Shown: positions 23,630 to 30,911, numbered from the stretch's first letter. The stretch is 32,000 nt of DNA from an uncultured Chloroflexia bacterium (GCA_963704755.1 OY969938.1:4050001-4082000); one strand, 5' to 3'. The notes: generated by a model not told the origin, from the letters alone. Made by a program: numbers and translations.

Positions 23630-23676
23630 CCTTCTTCTCCGTGTGCTCCGTGCCTCCGTGGTTAATCTCTTCTTCC
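23630..23676 (-). repeat. Inverted partner of the 22641-22687 motif, starting at the ferritin stop codon
   Basis: See 22641-22687. Degenerate relatives on the same strand: 23590-23622 (AACCACAGAGTACACAGAGAG), 23450-23480 (GCACCGCAGAGGCGCAGAGCAC) and 23295-23325. Confidence 0.7.
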
Positions 23677-24161
23677 TAATCGCTGTGGCTGATGTAGGCT
23701 TCCAGCATGATCAGGTTACGCTCGCCGGCGCGTTTGACGATCTTGAGCAGGTTCTCCATGGTGCTGACTTCCTCGATTTGCTCTTCGACGTACCAATCCA
23801 GGAAGTTCTGGGCGGCGAAGTCGTTGCCTTTGTGGGCCATCTGGTAAAGGTTGTTGATCTGGTTGGTCACTTCGACCTCCCAGTTCAACGAAAGCTGGAT
23901 GGCCTCTTCGGCGGTGGCAAAAGTGGTCTTGGGGCCTTCGATGGGCGGAATAGCCACGTGCCCGCCGGTATCGACTACATACTTTACGAAGCGCATGGCG
24001 TGGTCGCGCTCCTCTTCGGCTTGCTTGTAGAAAAATTTAGCCAGTTTGGATAAGGCTTCGCCATCGAAATAGGTGGCGATATTGATATATTGCAAGGAAG
24101 CACCGAACTCACGCCCGATCTGGGCGTTGATTGCGTCATTAAAATCTGTGCTGATAAGCAT
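23676..24161 (-). CDS. ftn: Ferritin (non-haem, Ftn-type)
   Basis: Track ORF 23676-24281, trimmed to the ATG at 24161 (MLISTDFNDAINAQIGREFGASLQYINIATYF...EERDHAMRFVKYV...FLDWYVEEQIEEV). Ferroxidase-centre E/ExxH/E/QxxE context is present. AAGGA lies upstream. Confidence 0.9.
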   Translation of the reverse strand: MLISTDFNDAINAQIGREFGASLQYINIATYFDGEALSKLAKFFYKQAEEERDHAMRFVKYVVDTGGHVAIPPIEGPKTTFATAEEAIQLSLNWEVEVTNQINNLYQMAHKGNDFAAQNFLDWYVEEQIEEVSTMENLLKIVKRAGERNLIMLEAYISHSD

Positions 24162-24249
24162 GGTTTCATCCTTTCCCGGATTAAATACGATTTTTGTTAT
24201 CTGAATTGTAACAAAGAATACAGCGCCTATGGGAATGGATTGACCGCTT

Positions 24250-24287
24250 AAAAAATAAAGGGTTGGCAAAATGGATGCCAACCCTTT
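24250..24287 (-). terminator. Rho-independent terminator of the rarA / histidine phosphatase / ybaK-like operon
   Basis: On the minus strand: AAAGGGTTGGC, 9-nt loop, GCCAACCCTTT, then ATTTTTT (plus-strand coordinates 24250-24287). Confidence 0.8.
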
Positions 24288-24302
24288 ACGGGAAAAATCG
24301 AA

Positions 24303-24782
24303 TTAACAAACCTGGACGATGCTGCCGCCGGTCATACGCTCCAGGTCTTTGGGCTCCAGGCGAAAAACTGCATGCGGGGTGCCGGCTGCGGCCCACACCT
24401 CGTCGAAATGGAGTAAATCCTGGTCGATGTAGGTGGTCAGCGGCTGGGGGTAGCCCAGGGGGGCTACACCACCGATGGCGTAGCCGGTCTGCGCGCGGAC
24501 GAAATCAGCGTCGGCTTTCTCGATCTTTTCCCCCAGCAGGGCGCCGATCATTTTCTCGTTGACCCGATTGGATCCGCTGGCCAGCACGATCACGGCATTC
24601 CCGCTGGTCTTGGCCCGGAAAACCAGCGTTTTGACGATCTGGGGCACGGTGGTGCCGATGGTCTCGGCGGCTTCCTGGGCAGTCCGGGTGGAATCGGGCA
24701 GTTCGACGACCTTGCATTCCAGGCCAAGCTGGCTCAAGGCATTTTGGACGAGCAGGGCTTTGTCAGATAATGTTTCAGGCAT
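24303..24782 (-). CDS. YbaK/ProX-type aminoacyl-tRNA deacylase domain protein
   Basis: Track ORF 24303-24863, trimmed to the ATG at 24782 (MPETLSDKALLVQNALSQLGLECKVVELPDSTRTAQEAAETIG...KTLVF...GYAIGGVAPLGY). It overlaps the upstream gene by 8 nt. Confidence 0.8.
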   Translation of the reverse strand: MPETLSDKALLVQNALSQLGLECKVVELPDSTRTAQEAAETIGTTVPQIVKTLVFRAKTSGNAVIVLASGSNRVNEKMIGALLGEKIEKADADFVRAQTGYAIGGVAPLGYPQPLTTYIDQDLLHFDEVWAAAGTPHAVFRLEPKDLERMTGGSIVQVC

Positions 24783-25476
24783 GGTTTTTCTTCTTTCGAG
24801 ATGGTTTCTGTGAGGGTTGGGGTGGTTCCGGCCAGCTAAAGCCGGGAATCTGATTGACGGCAATAACCTGGGGCGGGCTTTTGGGAGAGACGTGCACGAT
24901 GGTCACTGAAGCCAGGCTGACGTGCAGGCGTTGAAAATCGTCCAGGGCCATGTTGAGGTAATGGGCCACTGCCAGGCGGACCACGTCACCGTGGGCGACG
25001 ACGGCGATTACTTTCTCGTGGGGTTCTTTGCCGTCCAGGTCGGCAGGGACGGGTTCGGGGTCGTCTTCCCTGGTGAGCGCTTCCAGTTGGGACACCACCC
25101 GGTTCTGCACCTCGATGAACGATTCACCCTGGGGCATGCGCACCTGGGAGGGGGCCACGGCCAGGGTTTTCCATAATTTCAGCCGGCTGAGCTGTTTGTA
25201 GGTGCGGCCCTGCCAGTCGCCGTAATGGACCTCGTTGAGCCCGTCGCAGATCTGTACGGGCAGGTTATGGCTGCGGGCCAGCGGTGCGGCCGTTTCCTGA
25301 GCGCGTTCCATCGGGCTGGAGTAGATCGCCTGGATTGGGGCGTGTTCCAACGCCTGGGCTAATCTTTCAGCTTGCTGGCGGCCGCTTTCGTTGAGGTGGA
25401 CACCGGGCAGGCGGCCGGCCATGCGCCGGTGCATGAGATCATTTTCCCCGTGGCGGATCAGCAGCAGAAGTGTCAT
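24775..25476 (-). CDS. Histidine phosphatase (phosphoglycerate mutase-like) family protein
   Basis: LLLIRHGEN catalytic motif, ...LNESGRQQAERLA..., and a later VVAHGDV motif. GAGGA lies upstream. Confidence 0.85.
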   Translation of the reverse strand: MTLLLLIRHGENDLMHRRMAGRLPGVHLNESGRQQAERLAQALEHAPIQAIYSSPMERAQETAAPLARSHNLPVQICDGLNEVHYGDWQGRTYKQLSRLKLWKTLAVAPSQVRMPQGESFIEVQNRVVSQLEALTREDDPEPVPADLDGKEPHEKVIAVVAHGDVVRLAVAHYLNMALDDFQRLHVSLASVTIVHVSPKSPPQVIAVNQIPGFSWPEPPQPSQKPSRKKKNHA

Positions 25477-25496
25477 GTGTGGGTTCCTCGTTACCG

Positions 25497-26840
25497 TTAA
25501 ATTTTAATCCCTAAAGCCTCGGCCTGGGCTTTACGCCAGCGGGCCAAACGCTCGGCAACGGCGGCTTCGTAACCCATTTCACCGGGATGGTAAAACTGGT
25601 GACCAAGTAAGTCGGTGGGCAGGTACTGCTGGCCGACGTGATGGCCGGGAAAGTTGTGAGGATACTGGTAGCCCTGGCCGTGGCCAAGGCCTTTGGCGTC
25701 GCGGCTGGAGTCCATCAGGTGGACCGGCACCGGACCGGCGCCTTCCTGTTCGATTTGCGTGCGGGCTTCATAGAATGAAAGGGTCGAGTTGGATTTAGGC
25801 GCGGTCGCCAGATAAAGAGTGGCCTCAACGATCGGGAAAATCCCCTCGGGCATGCCAATGTATTCGTAGGCCTGGGCGGCCGAATTGGCCACCACCACAC
25901 CCAGCGGGTCGGCCAGCCCGATATCTTCGCCGGAAAGGACGATCAGCCGGCGCAAGATAAAGCGCGGGTCTTCTCCCGCGGCCAGCATTTTGGCCAGCCA
26001 ATACAGAGCCGCGTCCGGGTCGGAGCCACGGACCGACTTGATGAAAGCCGAGATCGTGTCGTAGTGGGCGTCGCCGCTCTTGTCGTAGATCACCGCCCGG
26101 CGCTGGATCGATTCCTGGGCTACATCCAGGGTGACGTGGATCAGGCCGGTTTCATCCGGCGAGGTGGTCTCTACAGCCAGTTCTAATGCGTTGAGCAGGT
26201 TGCGCGCGTCGCCGCCGGCCACATGGGCCAGGTGCTGGCGGGCATCGTCGTCAATGCGTATAGCTTTGCCGCCGTAGCCACGCTCTGGATCGTGGAGGGC
26301 CTGGTCGAGAATGCGCTCCAGGTGGTCTTCGCGCAGGGGTTCCAGTTGAAACAGGCGCGAGCGCGAAACCAGGGCTGAAATGACGTCGAAATAGGGGTTT
26401 TCGGTGGTCGCGCCGATCAAGGTGATCATACCGCTTTCCACCTGGGGCAGCAGGGCATCCTGCTGAGCCTTGTTCCAGCGGTGGACCTCGTCCACGAAAA
26501 GGATGGTGCGCTTGTGGTACAGCCGCCGGCGTTCGGTCGCATCGGCAATGACCCGGCGCAATTCGGCTACCCCTACCAGGACGGCCGAAATACTTTCGAA
26601 TTCAGCCTGGGTGGAGTTGGCCACAATTTGGGCCAGGGTGGTTTTACCGGTGCCCGGCGGGCCGAAGAAAATGATCGACGAGAACAGCCGGTCGGCCTCG
26701 ATGGCTCGCCGCAGCAGTTTACCCGGGCCGATGATGTGCTCCTGGCCGATGAATTCGGCAAACGTGCGCGGACGCATCCGCGCGGCCAGCGGCGCTTCGT
26801 GCTCCAGGCGTTCTTGCATGGCGTGGTCAAACAGGTCCAT
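25497..26840 (-). CDS. rarA: Replication-associated recombination protein A (AAA+ ATPase RarA/MgsA)
   Basis: Walker A GPPGTGKTTLA, Walker B ILFVDEVHRWNK, and the MgsA C-terminal domain (DAHYDTISAFIKSVRGSDPDAALYWLAKML). Confidence 0.95.
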   Translation of the reverse strand: MDLFDHAMQERLEHEAPLAARMRPRTFAEFIGQEHIIGPGKLLRRAIEADRLFSSIIFFGPPGTGKTTLAQIVANSTQAEFESISAVLVGVAELRRVIADATERRRLYHKRTILFVDEVHRWNKAQQDALLPQVESGMITLIGATTENPYFDVISALVSRSRLFQLEPLREDHLERILDQALHDPERGYGGKAIRIDDDARQHLAHVAGGDARNLLNALELAVETTSPDETGLIHVTLDVAQESIQRRAVIYDKSGDAHYDTISAFIKSVRGSDPDAALYWLAKMLAAGEDPRFILRRLIVLSGEDIGLADPLGVVVANSAAQAYEYIGMPEGIFPIVEATLYLATAPKSNSTLSFYEARTQIEQEGAGPVPVHLMDSSRDAKGLGHGQGYQYPHNFPGHHVGQQYLPTDLLGHQFYHPGEMGYEAAVAERLARWRKAQAEALGIKI

Positions 26841-26846
26841 GGGTAG

Positions 26847-26876
26847 ATTCTACCATAAAGCAAGAGGGATTAGAAT
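26847..26876. promoter_or_regulatory. Divergent promoter region: extended -10 TGGTAGAAT for rarA (minus strand) and a mirror TAGAAT on the plus strand facing the repeat array
   Basis: On the minus strand, TGG+TAGAAT (complement of 26847-26855) ends 6 nt before the rarA ATG (26840). On the plus strand, TAGAAT sits at 26871-26876. TAGAAT-AAAA-ATTCTA (26871-26886) is a palindrome. Confidence 0.45.
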
Positions 26877-26884
26877 AAAAATTC

Positions 26885-27770
26885 TAGGAGGTGATGCGGT
26901 GTTTCGGTGTTGCGGTGGTTCGGTGTTGGGGCGTTGAAGCCCCCCAACAAAATCCGTTCCTTGAAGATATTGGCTTTCTCAATCTATCTGTAGGTTGGGT
27001 TGAGCGGTATTTTAATTGGCTTTGGTTGTTTGTGGCAAGAGCGAAACCCACCGGTTTGCCTCATTACCTTGTCGCCTCGTTGACTTCCTGCCGGCCTGTT
27101 GGGTTCGGGCAGGGCTTTCCCCGGTTGGCGTATTGCTCGTACGCAAATTTTTCGGATGGGCCCGAACCCAACCTACAAGCTAGGTGGTGATGCGGTGGTT
27201 CGGTGTTGCGGTGATTCGGTGTTGGGGCGTTGAAGCCCCCCCAACAAAATCCGTTCCTTGAAGATATTGGCTTTCTCAATCTTACTGTAGGTTGGGTTGA
27301 GCGGTACTTTAATTGGCTTTGGTTGTTTGTGGAAAGAGCGAAACCCAACGGTTTGCCTCATTGCCTTGTCGCCTCGTTGACTTCCTGCCAGCCTGTTGGG
27401 TTCGGGCAGGGCTTTGCCCGGTTGGCGTATTGCTCGTACGCAAATTTTTCGGATGGGCCCGAACCCAACCTATAAGCTAGGAGGTGATGCGGTGGTTCGG
27501 TGTTGGGGCGTTGAAGCCGCCCCAACAAAATCCGTTCCTTGCAGGTATTGGTTTTCTCAATCTTACTGTAGGTTGGGTTGAGCGGTACTTTAATTGGCTT
27601 TGGTCGTTTGTGGAAAGAGCGAAACCCAACGGTTTGCCTCATTGCCTTGTCGCCTCGTTGACTTCCTGCCGGCCTGTTGGGTTCGGGCAGGGCTTTCCCC
27701 GGTCAATACTCTTGCAATCAGCCATTGTTTAATAAGAGCCCGAACCCAACCTACGATTCGGGTCTTTTCC
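26885..27770 (+). repeat. Tandem array of three ~296-bp units (starts 26885, 27181, 27478), each built of three GTTGGG/CCCAAC stem-loops
   Basis: Direct reading. Units 1 and 2 differ by 12 substitutions plus one 1-nt indel in my hand alignment. Unit 3 lacks a 16-nt micro-repeat and has a replaced 34-nt loop. Details are in the findings. Confidence 0.95.
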
Positions 27771-27818
27771 TCATTGCCTCAATCCCTGTACCAACAAAAA
27801 GAAATCGCTTGTTTATAA

Positions 27819-27847
27819 TTGACTGACTGCTCACTCTTTGATATAAT
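27819..27847 (+). promoter_or_regulatory. Near-consensus sigma-70 promoter of tetR, producing a leaderless mRNA
   Basis: TTGACT (27819-27824), 17-nt spacer, TATAAT (27842-27847), then 6 nt (CGGAAT) and ATG 27854. No SD. Confidence 0.55.
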
Positions 27848-27853
27848 CGGAAT

Positions 27854-28420
27854 ATGGCCAGACCAAAAAGCATGGACAAACGCAACGCGCTCATGGCGGC
27901 GGCAGCCCGGGTGATTGTCACGCAAGGGCTGAGCGCACCGACGGCGATGATCGCTCAAGAGGCTGGGGTAGCCAACGGCTCGCTATTCACTTACTTCGAG
28001 ACCAAAGCCGATCTGTTTAACCAACTCTATCTTGAACTGGAAACCGAAATGGCGTCTGCTGCTATGCAGGGGCTTCCGGTCGAGGCTGGGCTCCATGAGC
28101 AGTTATTTCAAGTCTGGTCGAATTGGATGGACTGGGCAGTGTCCAGCCCTGAAAAACGGCGCGCGTTAGCGCAGCTCCAGGTTTCCGATGAGATCACACC
28201 GGCGAGCCGCGCTGCGGCGCATAAAACCAAGGCCGGCATCGCCGACCTGCTGGAACGGATTCGCGCCAAGGGTCCCATGCGCGACACCTCGATGGGCTTT
28301 GTCCTTGCGATGATGAGCTCGCTGGCGGATGCAACGATTGATTTCATAATCAGTGACCCAGCCAACGCGGACTCGCACCGCAAAGATGGGTTCGAAGCCC
28401 TTTGGCGGGTGATCGGATGA
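27854..28420 (+). CDS. TetR/AcrR-family transcriptional regulator
   Basis: N-terminal HTH: RNALMAAAARVIVTQGLSAPTAMIAQEAGVANGSLFTYFETKADLF. Confidence 0.9.
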   Translation: MARPKSMDKRNALMAAAARVIVTQGLSAPTAMIAQEAGVANGSLFTYFETKADLFNQLYLELETEMASAAMQGLPVEAGLHEQLFQVWSNWMDWAVSSPEKRRALAQLQVSDEITPASRAAAHKTKAGIADLLERIRAKGPMRDTSMGFVLAMMSSLADATIDFIISDPANADSHRKDGFEALWRVIG

Positions 28421-28689
28421 TTTTTTGTAACGCTTCAGGCGCCGGTTAAAATTCGAGGGTTTCCCCGGTCGGGTTGGACAGTCGCGATTTTTTTTAACCT
28501 TATAAATGACCGACTGGACAATCATCTAAACGAAGAAATCTGTCACGGACTGTCAGGTAACTTTTGGGACCGGCCGGAAAGGCAGCCGGTCCATCGTTGA
28601 ACTTCTCGGGTGAGGTTGCACCGGCCGGACCACGGTGTACAACCTCACGGATGTGCATAAAAAAATTCACTTGAAAGGTTAGGGTTAAC

Positions 28690-29490
28690 ATGGATTTGAA
28701 ATTGGCAGGAAAAAGAGCATTGGTGACCGGATCGAGTTCCGGAATTGGTAAAGCCATCGCGAATCTGCTCGCTGAGGAAGGCGTGGCGGTCGTGGTGCAT
28801 GGCCGCGATGAAGGGCGGGCCAACACGGTCGCGGAGACGATCCGTTCCGTGGGCGGGAAAGCCGAGGTAGCTCTCGGTGATCTCGCCAGCGACGCCGGAG
28901 CCGATGCGGTTGCCGCTGCGGTGCTCTCCGGCGGGCCGGTTGATATTCTGGTCAACAATGCCGGCGTCCTCAACTTCTCCTCGTGGACGGATGTGGCTGT
29001 TACCGACTGGGTCGAGAAATACAACATTAACGTGATTGCCGGTGTGCGCATGATCCAACGCCTGGTACCTCAAATGCGCGAGCGCCACTGGGGCCGGGTG
29101 ATCCAGATTGGGGGCGGCCTGGCGCTGCAGCCTTTTGCGGGCCAACCGGGTTACAGTATGACGCTGGCAGCTCGCCACGATCTTGCAGTATCTCTGGCGC
29201 GTGAACTGAAGGAGACCGGCGTGACTTCCAATATCGTGGCGCCCGGCGCGGTCTTGACAGAGGAGGGTCGGCCTGCGCTGGTCAGTATGGCGGCCGCTCA
29301 TGGCTGGGGGGAGACGTGGGAAGAAATCGAACGCAACGCTGCGCAGGCCATCGCTCCAAATGATGTAGGCCGGTTTGCCCGGCCGGAGGAAATCGCGGCG
29401 GCAGTCGCTTTCCTGGCCAGCCCTGTTGCCGATTATGTGAGCGGGGCTACCTTTCGTGTTGACGGCGGTACAATCCGCTCTGCTTTTTGA
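28690..29490 (+). CDS. Short-chain dehydrogenase/reductase (SDR) family oxidoreductase
   Basis: TGSSSGIGKAIA cofactor motif, NNAG, and an SDR-typical C-terminal FLASPVADYVSGATFRVDGG. Confidence 0.9.
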   Translation: MDLKLAGKRALVTGSSSGIGKAIANLLAEEGVAVVVHGRDEGRANTVAETIRSVGGKAEVALGDLASDAGADAVAAAVLSGGPVDILVNNAGVLNFSSWTDVAVTDWVEKYNINVIAGVRMIQRLVPQMRERHWGRVIQIGGGLALQPFAGQPGYSMTLAARHDLAVSLARELKETGVTSNIVAPGAVLTEEGRPALVSMAAAHGWGETWEEIERNAAQAIAPNDVGRFARPEEIAAAVAFLASPVADYVSGATFRVDGGTIRSAF

Positions 29491-29539
29491 CCCTGATCAT
29501 TCTCCAGGGGGGAGGATCGGTGTCCTCCCCCCTATTCTC

Positions 29540-29651
29540 GAGAGTGTTGAAAAACGCCTTCATATAAAATTTCTTTGTGTATATGTGGCGGGGCGGCCTC
29601 GCCACATATACACAAATCCGGATGATGAAAAGCTGCTTTTTCAACACCCTC
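29540..29651. repeat. Nested palindrome: a 15-nt outer inverted repeat enclosing a 15-bp inner hairpin
   Basis: Outer: GAGAGTGTTGAAAAA (29540-29554) versus TTTTTCAACACCCTC (29637-29651), with one mismatch. Inner: TGTGTATATGTGGCG (29576-29590) versus CGCCACATATACACA (29600-29614). Confidence 0.8.
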
Positions 29652-29711
29652 ATTCTCGTCTCTTCTCCTTTTTAACCTTCTGCATTAGAATGACGGCCTG
29701 GAAGGTTAAAT

Positions 29712-30911
29712 ATGAATGATTTTGATCAAGAACAGCCCGATCCGCAATCGGAGGTTACCCGCCCGATCCGGATTACGGTTGATCCGAATGAGCATTACCA
29801 GGCCGTGCGGACGGAATCGCCCCGCCCGGCGCAGAACAACCCCAACCCGGCCGTTCCTCAGCCTGTACAACCAGCGCCGGTCCAGCCTGGCCCGCAACAG
29901 TACGCCAATTATCCGGCCCGGCCGGCCCCGCAGCCGGTCAATGTGGTCCCCGGAACGCAATCCCCACATTTCCAGGCCAGACAGCCGGCTCCTCAGCCGG
30001 CTCGCAGTAACGCCGGCTGGCCTAATCAACAGCCGCAGCCGGTCAAAGTAGGGTTTGGGCCGCACCCGATTGCGGTACCCAAGCCGCCTAAAAAGCGCCG
30101 GGGCGGGGGTTGCCTGCTCACCTTTTTGATTGCCCTCGTCGCGCTGCTGGCGGTGTATTTCCTGGCGCCAGTGCGCACCAACGTGCTCCTGCTGGGCATC
30201 GACCGTGCCCCTGACGGCAGCTATACCGGGCGCAGCGACACCAATATTTTAATCAGTGTGATCCCGCTCAAGCCGACCGTCAATATGCTCTCCATCCCGC
30301 GCGACCTGTGGGTGACCATCCCCGGGGTGGGCGAGCAGCGCATCAATACGGCCAATTTCTTCGCCGAAGCGCAAAATCCCGGCTCAGGGCCACAGGCGGT
30401 CATGGATACCATTAAACAGAACTTCGGTGTGGACGTGCACTATTACGCCCGCGTGCGCTTCGACAGCTTTATGGATATTGTCGACGCGATGGGTGGGGTT
30501 ACCATCCACCTGAGTGAGCCCACGGCCGGCTATGACGCCGGCACCTACACACTCGACAGCACCCAGGCGCTGGCTTTTGCGCGCAATCGTACCGGCACCG
30601 ACGACTTCTTCCGCATGGCCCAGGGGCAGATCCTGCTCAAGGCGGCCATATCGCAGTTACTCTCACCGGCCTCCTGGCCGAAACTGCCAGCGGTGTTCAG
30701 CGCCTTGATGAAAGCCGTGGATACCAACATCCCGGCCTGGCAGTGGCCGCGATTGGGCCTGGCCCTGCTGCGGGCCGGTCCGAATGGCATCAACAACCGC
30801 ACGCTGGATCGCGAAATGGTCACATCCTGGACCACCAACGAAGGCGCGCAGGTGCTGCTGCCTAACTGGGACGCGATCAACCCGGTGTTAAAAGAGATGT
30901 TTGGGCAATAA
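29712..30911 (+). CDS. LytR-CpsA-Psr (LCP) family protein with a ~110-aa Pro/Gln-rich cytoplasmic N-terminus
   Basis: TM helix CLLTFLIALVALLAVYFLA. LCP core: LLLGIDRAPDGSYTGRSDTNILISV...MLSIPRDLWVTIPG...RINTANFF...ALAFARNR. Confidence 0.85.
   Translation: MNDFDQEQPDPQSEVTRPIRITVDPNEHYQAVRTESPRPAQNNPNPAVPQPVQPAPVQPGPQQYANYPARPAPQPVNVVPGTQSPHFQARQPAPQPARSNAGWPNQQPQPVKVGFGPHPIAVPKPPKKRRGGGCLLTFLIALVALLAVYFLAPVRTNVLLLGIDRAPDGSYTGRSDTNILISVIPLKPTVNMLSIPRDLWVTIPGVGEQRINTANFFAEAQNPGSGPQAVMDTIKQNFGVDVHYYARVRFDSFMDIVDAMGGVTIHLSEPTAGYDAGTYTLDSTQALAFARNRTGTDDFFRMAQGQILLKAAISQLLSPASWPKLPAVFSALMKAVDTNIPAWQWPRLGLALLRAGPNGINNRTLDREMVTSWTTNEGAQVLLPNWDAINPVLKEMFGQ

Noticed and set aside
22944-23679. Track ORFs 22944-23192 (+), 23022-23225 (-) and 23389-23679 (+) in the repeat-dense region
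   Set aside because: They are low-complexity translations of palindromic or CT-rich repeats. They have no SD or start context and they overlap each other.
24162-24281. 40-aa N-terminal extension of ferritin; similarly 24783-24863 for the YbaK-like gene
   Set aside because: Ferritin and YbaK homologues begin at the internal Met. The extensions cross a terminator or promoter (ferritin) or overlap the upstream gene's coding end (YbaK-like).
26891-27732. Track ORFs inside the tandem array on both strands (26891-27190, 27230-27475, 27484-27732; minus strand 27064-27348, 27173-27361, 27358-27642), considered as protein genes
   Set aside because: They exist in several frames and on both strands simply because the units lack stops. 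The unit 1 versus unit 2 substitutions are mostly missense plus one nonsense. Unit 2 is frame-broken. The peptides have no recognisable features. The plus-strand reading is kept only as an alternative hypothesis in the findings.
26885-27770. CRISPR array
   Set aside because: The units are ~296 bp and contiguous, with no short repeat/unique spacer alternation. No cas genes are in the window.
23283-27770. Diversity-generating retroelement (template/variable repeat pair) explanation for the repeats
   Set aside because: No reverse transcriptase gene is in the window. Differences between copies are not adenine-specific. The repeats do not lie in a target-gene C-terminus.
28166-29301. Minus-strand ORFs 28166-28525, 28500-29051 and 28645-29301
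   Set aside because: They are antisense shadows of the TetR and SDR genes and their spacer. No motifs, and the composition is Arg/Pro-rich.
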